Of a stretch of DNA of 64,000 nucleotides, positions 14,880-28,207 are shown in pieces. The first letter of the stretch is position 1; each line of letters begins with the position of its first letter. A program made the position numbers and the translations under genes. Source of the stretch: Octopus sinensis (lineage: Eukaryota); the NCBI RefSeq assembly GCF_006345805.1, contig NW_021836143.1, positions 62,001 to 126,000 on the forward strand, written 5' to 3'. The notes under the pieces are model-generated. The model ran no database searches. It saw only the letters and a program-made list of their open reading frames with translations, and was not told the origin of the DNA.

Positions 14880-15488
14880 AAACAGAAAATAGAGAAATAT
14901 TGATCAACAACAATTGACTTACATCAATTATTATTTTTCAATTCAGTACGAATAGACAGTATCTTATCTAACAGCTGTTTCAATTTACAATGTTATATGG
15001 TATTGCCATTGATATTCTAATAATAATATTCATCATATTTGGTAATAAATCTGATCTGGGACATGGAGCGTCATCAGAGTGAAGAAAAATACATACATAA
15101 AAGATAGGAAAGAAGAGAATAGTCTCGAGAGGAAAAGGAACGGCTTAATATGTTTAAATCATATCATTTACTCAATGTCCCAAAGTGACACATAAACAAA
15201 ATGTTATGATTTAAACATATTAAGCCTTTCCTTTTCCTCTTGAGGCTCTTCTCTTCTTTCCTTTCTTTTATATATGTACTTTTCTTCACTCTGATGAAGT
15301 TCTGGGTTCCAGATCAGCTTCATTACCAAATATGATGAATATTATTTTTAGAATATCAATGGCAATACCATATAACACTGGAAGCAGAAACAGCTGTTAG
15401 ATGGGATACAGTCTATTTTTACTGAATTAAAAAATAATGATTAATGTAAGTCAATTGTTGTTGATCAATATTTCTCCATTTTCTGTTT
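14880..15488. repeat. Long palindromic element, ~290-bp arms, ~29-bp spacer
   Basis: 14880-15169 is the diverged reverse complement of 15199-15488. Each arm carries outward-reading CTGATGA and GAAACAGCTGT motifs. Confidence 0.9.
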
Positions 15489-15500
15489 ATATATATATAA

Positions 15501-15900
15501 TCTTTTATTTTATATTTTTTACTTGTTTCAGTCATTAGACTGCTGCCATACTGGGGTACCAGCTTGAAGAACTTTTAGCTGTATGAATCGATCCCAGCCC
15601 TTTTCCTCTTTTGTTAAACCTGATACTTATTCCATCGGTTTCTATTGTCAAAAGCTAAGTTATGGGGATGTGAACACACCAACACAGGTTCTCAAGCAGT
15701 GATGGAGGACAAACAGACAGACACACACATGCACACATACACAACGATCTTCTTTTAGTTTCCGTCTACCAAATCCTCTCACAAGGCTTTTGCTGGCCCA
15801 AGGCTATAGTAGAAGACACTTGCCCAAGGTGCCATGCAGTGGGACTGAACCTGGAACCATGTGGTTGGGAAGCAAGCTTCTTACCATACAGTTATGTGCA
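15501..15900 (-). mobile_element. tRNA-derived SINE, family A
   Basis: Reverse complement of the element at 51669-52075: tRNA-like head, central (CA)n, tail ending gtcaaatgactgaaacaag-like. Confidence 0.85.
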
Positions 15901-16479
15901 TTTGTGTGCGTTCACATGTGTATATGCATGTGCACATCATACACACAGTATTGTGCATACTGTTAGATGCATGTCTGGTACTGTTGAATATAGTATTCCA
16001 TGTAAAGCATCATTATCCAGTCTGGTTCCAGCATAGTGGTGTGGTTACTACTGTACTTAGTAATATGATTGGTTATGATATACAGAGCAAATGTAGAAGA
16101 AACAATGAGAAACAGAGATTAAATGCTCAAAAGTATTTGATCTCTGTAACATAATGCAATAAAGTCTTCCTCTCTTGATCTGTTTTTGGTTCAGCGTCCA
16201 ATTGCACATGGAACAACCAATGCAAAGGTTGCAAACGATCACAACAGAGAAACATACAAAAGGATATAAAGGATATAAACTTGTGTTTAACAGAATTTAT
16301 CATATATATATATATATTATATATATATATATATATATGTAATTGGGTAAAAAGCTGAGGAGTGTGTGTATTACATAAATAATAACCACGTGTTCTTTTG
16401 TATATGTTAGTATTTAGTATATGTTCATTTGTTTATTTGCTACGTTTTTTTTAACTATGTATGTATGTATGTATGTATG

Positions 16480-16524
<45 letters not shown>

Positions 16525-16681
16525 TATATATATATATAAAATGGAAAATTTGACATACCTATATATATATATAGAACCGTCCAACCCATGCTAGCATGGA
16601 GAACGGACGTTAAACGATGATGTTGATGATAGGTATGTCAAATTTTCCATTTTTTTGCCTTTTCATGACTATATATATATA

Positions 16682-16737
<56 letters not shown>

Positions 16738-18269
16738 CATATTCTGCATAAACACACTACCTGTATGACATGAAAATTACAGAAAGCATTAGAGCTAAAT
16801 CAATTAATAGAATAATTAAGTTGTATAAGATGCAGTTTGGTTTTGGGTCAAGAAGTACTACTGATACATTCTTGCTAGTATGGCAACACAGAACACAAGT
16901 GGAGAATTTAGCTGAAAGTAAGCTACTATACATACCATTTATCAACTAGGGGAAAAATTTTAAAACAGTCCTCCAATACAATGATACATGATAGAGAGAT
17001 GTGGACCCCGAAGGAAGAGGACTTGTGAAGATTATAAAGAAATGAAATTGCCATTCTCCAGTGGATGTATATTATGTATACTTTTAATTGTATTCTAATT
17101 TTCCTTACTCTTCCTATTTTATATAAAACCCCATATTAAGTATAACCTGTCTTTGTAATTTTCCCATCATATGACAGTTCTGTGGCAAATAAAAGAAACC
17201 ACCTCCACCACTGCTGAATAGTGCTATAGTCTTGGTAACAAGGTTACAGATGTATGGTGAAAGTCTTTTAACACTTTAGAATATATAATACTAAGACAAA
17301 ATAAAACAAAAGTGAATATAACAGTATGTATGTATTTTAAATGGCTATCATGATTATACTACAATGCCATTGTTTATTATTTTAGTTTTACAATAATTTT
17401 CCATTTAGCAGTCATAAGAATTATATGGCTCAGAATCATATTTAAAAAAGAAAAATCAAAAAATGTAAATAAGAATCAAAATATTTGTAAAAAGTTTCAT
17501 ATAGAAATCGAAATATATTGAATTCATGAAATATTATATATAGGTGCCAACTTATATTAGTCATCATATTTCGTTTTTAACTCCCCCATATTGTAAAAGT
17601 TATTTAATAAATCTTGTTTACATGGTATTGAGTTATTGGAATAAACTAGTCAGTTGTACTTCTTTTTCCCTCAATATTTAATAAATTTGAAATCATATAA
17701 CTATGATTATTAAAGTGAAAATTACTATAAAAGTTAAATAACAAAGTAAATGTGTGTCTGTGTGTGACTGCGTAGTAATAGAAAAACACAATTGTTGAAT
17801 TGCAGTAAAACTTTTAGCTATTTGAAAGTGAAAGGAATTAAACCCTGGTCAGGCCAACAAAGGTAGTCACAAAATGTGTCTCATACAGAAATATATTTTA
17901 TTCTATGAAATCTGAAATTGGCCTTAGTTTAACTCTAAATAAGAACTGACTCAGACTGTGACACCAGCATAGCCTATGCTAACATGGAAAATGAGTATAA
18001 AATGATGATGATAATGGTACATGTGGTTGTGTAGATGTATGTGTATGTACTTGTGTATGAATATGAAACTGCAAATTTGTCTGTGAACCAAAAAGAAAAA
18101 AAAAATAGCAAGTTAGTTATATATGACAGGTGAAACCTCCAACAATGCAAACAATAAACATAAAAGTCAATTAAAAAGAAACATTCCAACTAGTCAGGCA
18201 TGAGAAAATGTAGAATAGTGTGTCTGTAAGTCATACCTTCATGGAAAATATACACAGAACTTTGGTGAT

Positions 18270-19600
18270 AAGATCAGGTATGAGGGGTGGGCATTCCCCA
18301 CTGCAGTGCATTGTTGCAGCCACCATTTGTCAGTATTTACTTGGATCATGTGGGGCAACCCTCTGAGCAGTATCCCAGTCAATCCCAATCTCTGCAAGAT
18401 ATTTCCTCATCTGCTGTGACCATGCGGCATGTGGCTGACCAACAGGAGCTGTCACTCCAGCAAGATCCACAAAAATAGAGAACATGACATACGGAATCCA
18501 ACTTGGAAACCTGAACAAGATGACAAAACAATCTGAGCAGATGCTCCTGAATAATACAAGTAAAAGGATAAATCTCTGAGTCAGTTGATGGCTGGATATG
18601 AAATCTGACCAAGATTAACCCATAATCTGGTGAAACATCCTGGCACCAAAGGAGTTCAAGCTCCTATGGGCCCAGGGAGTGTCCAAATCTTTCAACTATA
18701 GAGCAAAACAGAAGGACCAGAGACCTAAAGATCCAAACCTTTGTTCTCCTGCTCAAATATCAGCAGTATCAAATACTCTTGTTCAGTGAGTCCACAATTA
18801 TACCAGCGTGCCCAAGTCATTTTAAGACTTTGGACTCACAGCTAATGCTGCTAAAGATAAAACTGCCAGATAAGTGGTCGACAACTTCTACATTCTCACC
18901 TACAATTGAGCCAGACCAGAAAGCCAATGAAAGAAACTCTAATGCGAAGTGATTCACCTCAGTCAAAATAGAGCATTCGTGAAAGCATCCAGAGACTCAA
19001 CAAGAATAAATGCATCATCAACAAAATTCTGGTCAGTAACCCTAATTTTCCCAGTGAGTACTCCACAACTCAATTGAGCAATCATCTGGCAAAGAATCAA
19101 GTCCAAGTAGGCATTGAACATTGTAGGAGCCAAAACAACCCTGCCAGACCCCAGATCTAACTGGGGAAAAAGTTAAATGTTGAACCTCCACTCCAAATTG
19201 CACTTACTGTTCTGGTATACAAGACCACTATTAGCCCAACTAGAAAGGGAGCTCCAGAACCCTCTAGAGCATATCCCTGTCTACTGAGTGAAATGCTTTG
19301 CACAGGTCAACAAAAGCTGCAAAAACTCTGCCTGCATTCAATGAGTACTCAGAGAGCAAGGACCCTGTCAGTAGTTGACTTCTTTTGCGTGAACCCTGAC
19401 TAATCTGGAAGATGAAAGGCAACCAGATGATTTCATACTCAGTTTAAAATAACCTGGTAAATACCTTACTGGACACTGAGAGGCGTGTAACAACCCTGTA
19501 GTTGTTGCAGTCGTGGCAACCATCTTTACCTTTCAAGAGAGGAATATTTATGCCTCTCTCCACTCAGATCATATGATGTCACTGCTCTGAATTGAGTAGA
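18270..19600 (-). mobile_element. RTE-clade LINE reverse-transcriptase relic, 5'-truncated
   Basis: Minus-strand translation with many stops includes KGKDG..DCNNYR, SGFTQKKSTTDRVLALRVL, DFVDDAFIL and the C-terminal GQPHAAWSQQMRKYL...MVAATMHCSGECP typical of RTE elements. Confidence 0.85.
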
Positions 19601-22600
19601 TCATCTGCCACAACTGTAAGATAATGATGATAAATTTATGTGAACTATACATACACACATATTTATATACCTAAGCATACATTCCTTTACTGGTTTTATC
19701 CACTATGCCATTGTTATATTGAGGGAGTGTTATAACACTGCTGAAGCTTTTATCTTTTCTTTGTATTTTGGTAAATAATAGGAATTTGATGTCGTTACTG
19801 ATATTTGCATCTTATGCTGTGATGAATGCTTATTCTACTCAATAGATTTTTCAGGTGTTCATTGAATATGTAAACATCTTCATGTAGAAGCCTTATGTTT
19901 TTCAATATGACATTGAAGAGCTCATTTGAAAGTAATATTATTACTATATACAGTCCTAATTCAGAAAAAATGGTAAAAAGGTTTTGCATACTGCCATAGC
20001 ACAGTCTGGTATTTTGTACAACTTTGAATGCCAAAGTTTGCTTCCAGGACTTTCCAATGTAAATTATTACTTCAAGAATAGAGACCTAATGCTTTCAAAC
20101 TCTCCCAGTGAACTGTCTGTTTCATAATTAGTAATCTCTCTTTCAATGGACCGTTTGATTGTTTCCAGTTCAGTAAGAAGTGTCACATTATGAAAGACCA
20201 ATAGCTGGAGTAAAAGTCCAGATGTCTAACAGATGTCTTCCACAAAATTAATTTTATCCCATCAGGATTTATCCCATTGTTGCCATATTAGTTAAGTGGA
20301 GAAATATGTATCATTATTCATTATAATCCCAATCCATACAGACATTCTGGTTGTGGGTTTGAAATTCAATTTCTCCTGGTCCTGTGTATTTTCAAATTGA
20401 CAGTAAAATATTTGAAACTTTCCAGCAATGAATTGAATATATTTTCATCAGCTTCCCTTGATAGGGTGAAGGCATATAGCCAAGTAGTCAGGTAGTTGGA
20501 TTCATGACTGTTAGATCATGGGTTCAGTTCTTGGACTTAGTGGTGTATTGTATTCTTGAGCAAGATGCTTCCTTTCATATTGTTCAGCTAAAAATGTCTA
20601 CCAATTGTAGTGGATGAGTACAAGAGTACATTCCAGTCAGGAGAAATCATTTACTCTTAACACTCTAAATGCCTCAGAAACATGGATAAATTCCAACCTC
20701 AAAAGCCTGTTAGCCTAAGACAGACAAAACAATTTTAAAATACCTCTGTAGGTTTTTCAGTATAATCGTGACATATGGTTACCTTTTATAGCTTTGTATC
20801 ACACTGTAGTTAACTGATGATGTGTCTGAGATATACGTGCGATATTTAGAGAGGTTGAAAGTCAAACAATACTTATTACTTGAAATCTCAATGTCATCAA
20901 TCTTTTTAATTCATTCAGCAATAATTTAAGAATTTGCTTCAGAAATTTGTTTTGAGCCCAAATACAACCAAAAGAGAAAATCTCTTTAAATTTTTAATTA
21001 ACAAAGAACCTAAATAATCATGCACAGTTGCAACTTGCTTTGACCAAAATTTAAATAAAAACAACACCCCATAAATATTCTTTGGAATCAGAACATGGAA
21101 TCCGATGTCAATAAAAATATTTTTTTTAATAACAACTGGATTTATAAACTAACAGCTTTTATTTGTCTTCAATTCAATTTAGTTTAGCGAACACAATGAA
21201 GAATTTTTTTTTTCTTATTTGCTTCTTTTGAAATGGTTAAATTTTGTTTTTTAAATTCATTTTGCTTGAAATGGAAATATTCATGAATTTAAGCCACTGC
21301 TGATGGTCCAAATAGAAACCTCTTGTCATAGAAAATGGCAATCAGATAAAGATACATAGAAATAAAAAAAACCTTTCCAATGAATAAACTATGAAAGTCT
21401 AATCATAAAGCAATTGACATTCTACTTCAGTATGTTTGTTAATTTCATTAAGAAATTTCTTAACAATGTAACACAACAGTAGCTGTTGCATCTAGCAATG
21501 AAGGAATTCCTTTCTCTTCGATTTAAAGTAAAGGATTTTTGTTAGTGCTTGCGGCTTATATAGTAATGTTATGTTTTATTCTATTTCCGTTATGGAAAGT
21601 GTGTTTCTGTAACAGATCATTATTAAGAAAGTTGTTGTTACTGAGAACAACCATAACAACAACTTACCACACCCTAGAGCAGAATTTTCAAAAATATTTA
21701 TATCTGCAAAGAATAATTTTGGAAAGATCAATATATTTTGGATAAATATATTGATTTCTCAGCAATTAGGGGAAGTGTTATACACTTCCTACATAGCTTT
21801 AGAAAGTCAATGTTATTAATTTATTTTATTTATCTATTTACTGTTGATTGTATGATGGTTAAGTTGGCTTTGATATTTCATGGAAGTTGCTTTTTACTTA
21901 TCATCTAATACTGCAATTATTCTTAGAAAAACTGTCTCTTTTTATTGCAGGATAAAAGGCACTTGCTTTCTATTTCCTTTATTAATTTTTACCATCAAAG
22001 CGGTATTTTGTGTCTATACCTTTGTAAGAAGGATAATTGCAGCCATATAGTTATGTGGATAGATTGCACTCAGTCACCGTATTATAGCGGTTTGTACTAA
22101 AACCTTCATAAAGAAAGCATGTACAAAGAAATACCAATATTTAAGGAGGAAAAAAAAACCAATTCCTATAATTCCATTCATGTCTGTACGAGAACATACA
22201 AAATTTATGGAAAACAAATCAGTTGTAAATAACTATATTCTAATTTGTCCTTATTACATTCACTGACAGCTTCATTTTTACACAGGCACTGTAGTTATTT
22301 GATGACATATTGGCACTGCCAGCATCAGCAGTCATGAAATAGTTAAAGAATTATATTGCTTAAAATGTGATACAATGATTAAATAATAATTTCATAATTC
22401 TCTACACCAATAAAGATTTATCAATTAACCATGAAAGCTCAGATATAATGGAAATGTGAGAAGACAATGTCAGTGATCATCTCTTTCTCAAGGTATTTGC
22501 GTAGTAAGTAATCAAATTCAAACAACTGATTCCATTTGCTTGGAAATTACATCCTTAAGAAATATTAACATAAACAATGATATTTTGATTAACAGAATTC

Positions 22601-23880
22601 TAACATTTATATAACATTCTCCTAATTTGTATAACATGGCTATGAATACACATCCAGTGGTAGCATGCAGAAGCAGTGCTTTTGTTATGACTAATTGCAC
22701 TTGAAAGTCTATGTAACTGAAGTCACAATGATGATGATGAGCTAACAAGCGACCCTTTGTGTTGTCACTTGACTAGCAAGAAATAGCCAAATTTCACACA
22801 CTATAAAGTATAGGATCTTGAAAAAGAAGACATTTGACAATATAGCCCAGGGTGTTAGGTGCTGGGAAAAAGAAAAAAAATGTGGGATCTGACTGGAATA
22901 ATTTTGATCATAGGTCCACTCAGTCAACAACAACAACAACAACAAAAAACTACTCAGCTGCTCATGATATTGTACTGTAATGGATAATACATATAAGGTT
23001 ATTTTTACACACATATATACACACAAACATGTTATTTTCTACACATTTATATGAAATATCTATGGCAACAATCTTAACCCTTAAGAGACAACAGGGCCGA
23101 TCTACCAGCCAAAAAGTCCAATGATGACAAAGAATGTATTAGTTCATTCAATTTCTTACAAATAATGCCTCAGTAAAACTTCCATGTTTTGTAAATTCTG
23201 ATGTAACTCTGGCCAATAAAATATAAACTATAATAGAAAAAAATGTAATAAAGCCATACGATGATGATACATTTACATGAATTCCACATAGGTGTGTAGG
23301 TCACAGAATTCATAAAACAGGGTTAGAGCATAAAGACTTCTAGCAGGAATCAAACCCATTATAAAACTTTAAAATTCAGCCCAACAGTCTACCACAATAT
23401 CTATTAGTGTGTTCTCATGTGAACTGCACTGTGAACTGTCTTGTGAAAGGATTATTCTTAGCAAAAGAGACTGTGTCAGGATAGCTACGAACTATGACCA
23501 TAGACACAATTCATTTTTAGTGACGTGAAACAGCAGCCAACTCTTCCCCTAACTTTGCACTATCATCTTATCAAAGAAACTACACACTATATAATATAGC
23601 TCTAAGATATTTGATGGCTGAAAAAAAGATGGTTTTATCTCAATTAACCAGTGTTTTAGTTATCTGTTTCTGTTAGCTTCAGTGGTTAGGGAGACTGGTT
23701 AAAAGTCATTTCAAAGCTAGGTTAGACGCAGTGTCACTTGTTAGAATAACTGACGTTAGTTTCAGTAGAGTAATTGTGGGATTCAGATGTGTAGCTTGGG
23801 ATTTTAATTTTTTTGTCATTTTCTGAGAAAATGCCTTCCAGAAAAAATACTTGTACCGTTCAAATTGCAACTATTTAATT

Positions 23881-24047
23881 CACGGCTGCGCAGTTGGAGT
23901 CAGAAACAATTAATGGGTAGCTGGAGTTGGAGTCGATAAAATAGACCACAATCACTTAATAACATAGAGGAGTAGGAGTTGGAGGTGCCAACAGTAAAGG
24001 AGTCGGAGTCAGAGTCAAAGTTTTTTTGTTTTGACTCCACAGCCCTG
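23881..24047. mobile_element. hAT-type MITE with 8-bp TSD
   Basis: TIRs cacggctgcgcagttggagtc / gactccacagccctg, internal ggagtc repeats, perfect flanking duplication ATTTAATT (23873-23880, 24048-24055). Confidence 0.9.
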
Positions 24048-24896
24048 ATTTAATTTGCAAACATAGGTAATGGCAATTCTTGGCAGATTTATAAGTTATT
24101 TTGCAAACAGTAGATATTAATATCAATAAACTATTGGTGGACGCAAACAAAATGAGCAAGCTTTATGCTATTGCGGGAAAAAAAACACAAGGAAAAAGGG
24201 AGGCAATTTGTAGGTTCCATCACAATATATGATCAGTGAATAGAGCATTAATATATAGCAGTAAATAAAAACTAATATTATTATCAAATCATTCAAGAAA
24301 TGTAGAATTATTAATGAATTTGATTGTGTAGAAGACAATTATCCATAGGATGATGTTGGTGAAGAAGTAGCAGAGATATACAACAGCAGGTGATAAAGAA
24401 TAGCAATCATGAAAGTGGATCTGTAAAATGATGCATTTCACTCAGATGACTGTGAAAGTTTATTTGGTGCTGAAAATGAAGAACAGCATGGTTTTGCATG
24501 ATTTTTGATGAACTTTTGAATTTGAAATGTATAAAATTTACCATGTAATTGTAATTTAAAGCCATATTAAATTTCTACTTCAGTTTGATATGCATAAATT
24601 AAAGATACGAATTTAAATTCACTCCCTATCAATTTCATTTTAATATTTATAGTCTTAAACTGTGCTGAAGTGCCAAGCCAGAAATAAAATTTCTGTAATG
24701 ATTTAGCCCTGCAATGAATGCATCCTTGACAAATGTAGTATTCAAATATGATGGAAACAAGCAAAACATCACATGCAAATATCTGTAAGAACTCTTGGGG
24801 GCCATATTTACTTAGTAAGACAAATATTTTGATGTGCATAATGGCTAATTATTGATATTACTCTAATTCCTTATTTTTTTCTTTATTCATCTACAA

Positions 24897-25115
24897 CAGT
24901 GCTTTTCAAACTTTTTGCTGGAGCGGAACCCCAAGGAAACATTCCACTGGCTTGGGGAACCCCTGTGCAATAATTTAATAGTCTTATGCACACATATCTG
25001 CACAGGAAAATTAAAAATTACTGCCAACTTTAGCAGTTTTGTAACTTCTTGCAGAACCCCTGGACTGTACTGGTGGAACCCTAAGGTTCTGCGGAACCCT
25101 GGTTGAAAACCACTG
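24897..25115. mobile_element. hAT/Charlie-type MITE with 8-bp TSD
   Basis: TIRs cagtgcttttcaaac / ggttgaaaaccactg, perfect TSD ATCTACAA (24889-24896, 25116-25123). Confidence 0.92.
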
Positions 25116-25597
25116 ATCTACAATATCATTTATAGGTGTACAGTACTTGCGTCCTGGATTTCAGTCCTTTAAAAGTAACATCTGTGTAATAGTAAAACCC
25201 AGAAATATATACCCTACAAGTCTAGTATAAAAATGTGTGTATTGAGAGAGAAAGAGAGAAGGGGGACAGACAGACAAACAGGGAGAAAAAACAGGCATTA
25301 TTAAAAACACAAATTTCCTGTACTACACTCCATCCAGTTGAAATCTAATTTGCATTATTTTGTTATTAACTATTCAGTTGCTAATTAATCAGCTGAAGAT
25401 TGAAAACAATTTAGTTGTTGATAGTTCAGTTATATCTACCATTTCCTTTCTCTATTTCCTCTCACAAGAAATAATACACATCAACTGCTAAAAATTAGAG
25501 TTAGTATTAAAGTTTCATAATATACATCAACATTCTTATTTACTAGCTGTAAAATGTTTCTCCTGAAGCCTTGTAGTTTACTATGATAGAAGAATAT

Positions 25598-25991
25598 TCT
25601 TTCTTTCTTTCTTTAACTTGTTTCAGTCATTTGACTGCAGCCATGCTGGAGCACCGCCTTTAGTCAAGCAAATCGACCCCGGGACTTATTCTTTGTAAGC
25701 CCAGTACTTATTCTATCGGTCTCTTTTGCCGAACCACTAAGTGACGGGGACGTAAGCCCACCAACATCGGTTGTCAAGCAATGCTAGGAGGACAAACACA
25801 TACACACACATATATATATACATATATACGACAGGCTTCTTTCAGTTTCCATCTACCAAATCCACTCACAAGGCATTGGTCGGCCCGGGGCTATAGCAGA
25901 AGACACTTGCCCAAGATGCCACGCAGTTGGACTAAACCTGGAACCATGTGGTTGGTTAGCAAGCTACTTACCACACAGCCACTCCTGTGCC
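25598..25991 (-). mobile_element. tRNA-derived SINE, family A
   Basis: Full-length match to the other family-A copies, about 300 bp downstream of the Ig exon. Confidence 0.9.
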
Positions 25992-26201
25992 AATATGTGA
26001 ATAAAAATAGAAAGTTTATACAGAAAAATTTAGAATGTTTGATAGAAGATCTGCTAATTATTTCTTTTTACTGCATTTTTAACTAAAAAGTATATATTTA
26101 TTGTTTTCATCACTTATGTGGCTTTATTAAGTTCTTTTGAGTAAAACTGAAAATAGACAAAAAAATGAGAGAAACAAAGAAAGCAAAACAGATAGGGAGA
26201 G

Positions 26202-26241
<40 letters not shown>

Positions 26242-26282
26242 TGTGTGTGAGAGAAAGAAAAGTAGTAAAAATAATTACTTAC

Positions 26283-26411
26283 AGAAAACCGTAACTTTGA
26301 TTACATGGCTGACTGCGTTAGCTACCCCGTTGTCTGCAACACACTCATAGAGGCCATTACAGTAACGGGAAATGTTGCGGATCATCAAAACTTCTCCAGT
26401 CATGCCTATCC
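26283..26411 (-). CDS. Exon of a lachesin/DIP/IgLON-like Ig-superfamily adhesion gene (C-terminal half of an Ig domain)
   Basis: 129 nt, phase 1-1, acceptor tgttgtgttccag and donor gtaagt. Encodes (R)IGMTGEVLMIRNISRYCNGLYECVADNGVANAVSHVIKVTVF, which has the Ig E-F-G strand pattern GE.L.I.N....G.YECVA.NGV. Confidence 0.92.
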
Positions 26412-26465
26412 CTGGAACACAACATAGAAGACATGTATTCAGGCCCTCTCCAGTCATGCCTATTC
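26412..26465 (-). CDS. Possible in-frame 54-nt 5' extension of the exon through a duplicated acceptor
   Basis: A second acceptor, ttgtattacag|GAATAGGCATGACTGGAGAG, lies 54 nt upstream, in frame and without stops. It adds 18 aa: RIGMTGEGLNTCLLCCVP then GIGMTGEV. Confidence 0.4.
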
Positions 26466-26989
26466 CTGTAATACAATATACAACACTTAGTCAGAAACAG
26501 AATCACCACAAACATCGATACACAAGACGATAACAAAAAAAAAAAATAACGACAAGGAAGAAACTTAAGATCAATAGAACGATATCCCCAGAACAATGTG
26601 AAGAAACTATTTGCTTGAAAACCTAGGAATATTTCCTAACAGTACATACACATCGTAAAATATCTGATACAATAATATTGTTAGGTTAATGATTCTATGT
26701 TTATTAAAGGAGACAACGCTGTCAATTTTACAGTAAATATTGGTAACTGAAGTCTTACTAAAATAGTGTGAAATTTATAATATAAGATGCTTATATTGTA
26801 TGCAATCTAACAGTGACAGTTGAAATATTACAGTTAATATTAATGATTTAAGTGTTGCTATTTGTGAATGCTGACGGAAAACCGTGGTGGATGAAGCTCC
26901 ACATTTATTACATAGAAAATGATGAACTGATATATATATATATATATGCTTTTATATACATATATATAAAAGCATGATGGATCACTAGC

Positions 26990-27158
26990 GACAACACATT
27001 CTTTATTTTCTCTCCTTGTTTCTCTCTGTGTTCCTTTCTGTGGAAGAGTGTAGGCTCGAAACATTAAAGACTTTTTCACTTCCCGAGCGTTAAACTAATA
27101 CATCTGTTTGTTGTCTACACCACCTGTCTTCATCTTTTGTTTTTTTAGTGAATTCTTC

Positions 27159-27162
<4 letters not shown>
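26990..27162 (+). mobile_element. Short interspersed repeat carrying a Penelope-type minimal hammerhead fold, ending in (TA)n/(TAGA)n
   Basis: cttt-CTGTGGA-a-gagt[gtag]gctc-GAA-ACAT-T-aaag at 27034-27069, followed by a CT-rich tail and microsatellite (27163-27252). Confidence 0.55.
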
Positions 27163-27237
<75 letters not shown>

Positions 27238-28167
27238 TAGATAGATAGATATATAAAGACATTGTTATTAAAAGAGCTTGTAAACACAGAAATGAACATT
27301 TATATAAGATCACTTATTGCTGCAATAATATGTGAACATTAAAAAAAAAAAAAAACCCACATTGATTGTGATTTCTTATAGAATTAATCCATTTCAGTAT
27401 TCATTGATAAATTGCTAACAGAACCTCACCTCATTAATATACAAGTGCCATGAATCTAAGTTCTATTAACTACAAACTTGCTAATCTTTATCATCTAAGA
27501 TCAATTTATTTCCACAAGATTCATTCCTATGCTGGTGCATTTCTCAAGATATTCATCATGTGTCTGAAGGTCTGTGAAAATTAATTGAGTTTTATCTACT
27601 TATTGCTTCCAAAGGCATAAAAAAATGTAAGAAACAAACTCTACTTCTTTTGATTATGACCTAAGCAATATTTGTATGATCATCTCTATTCCAAGTACAA
27701 TAGTTAACCTACTAGTTTACAATCCAATTTTATAACCCTGGCTGGTTTTACCCTTTAAGAATTCCATTACATCACTACAGATTACTTCAGATAACGGCAA
27801 TTCTGCATTATCACTACTATAGAATTAATACTTCAACAATCCTATTTTATCACCATAGCTGACTTAACAAACCACTAAACTTATTTTATCTCTATATAGT
27901 TGGATTTAAAATCTATCAAACCTATTTTAAGACTTATTAATATTCTTAATTCATGAAAATAGGAAACTACATTCTTAAAATCCTAACCTATTATTATAGT
28001 TGCATTTACAAATCTGACCATATACTCTCATCAAAGCCAACAGCTCAGTTAAACGATTCCAGAATATGAAAGCAATGAAAACAAATTCAATTTGAAAGGC
28101 ATATGATATTGGATATCATAATAATTATTCCTATATTGCAAAGACAATAAGATTGGATAGTTTAGAT

Positions 28168-28207
<40 letters not shown>

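Noticed and set aside
16982-17240. Solo-LTR-like segment (TG...TATAAAA...AATAAA...ACA)
   Set aside because: No TSD and no second copy in the window.
20814-20850. CTGATGA followed by a short stem; similar CTGAGGA at 16355 and CTGATT..GAAA on minus near 49335-49390
   Set aside because: The GAAA half or stem I is missing in each case.
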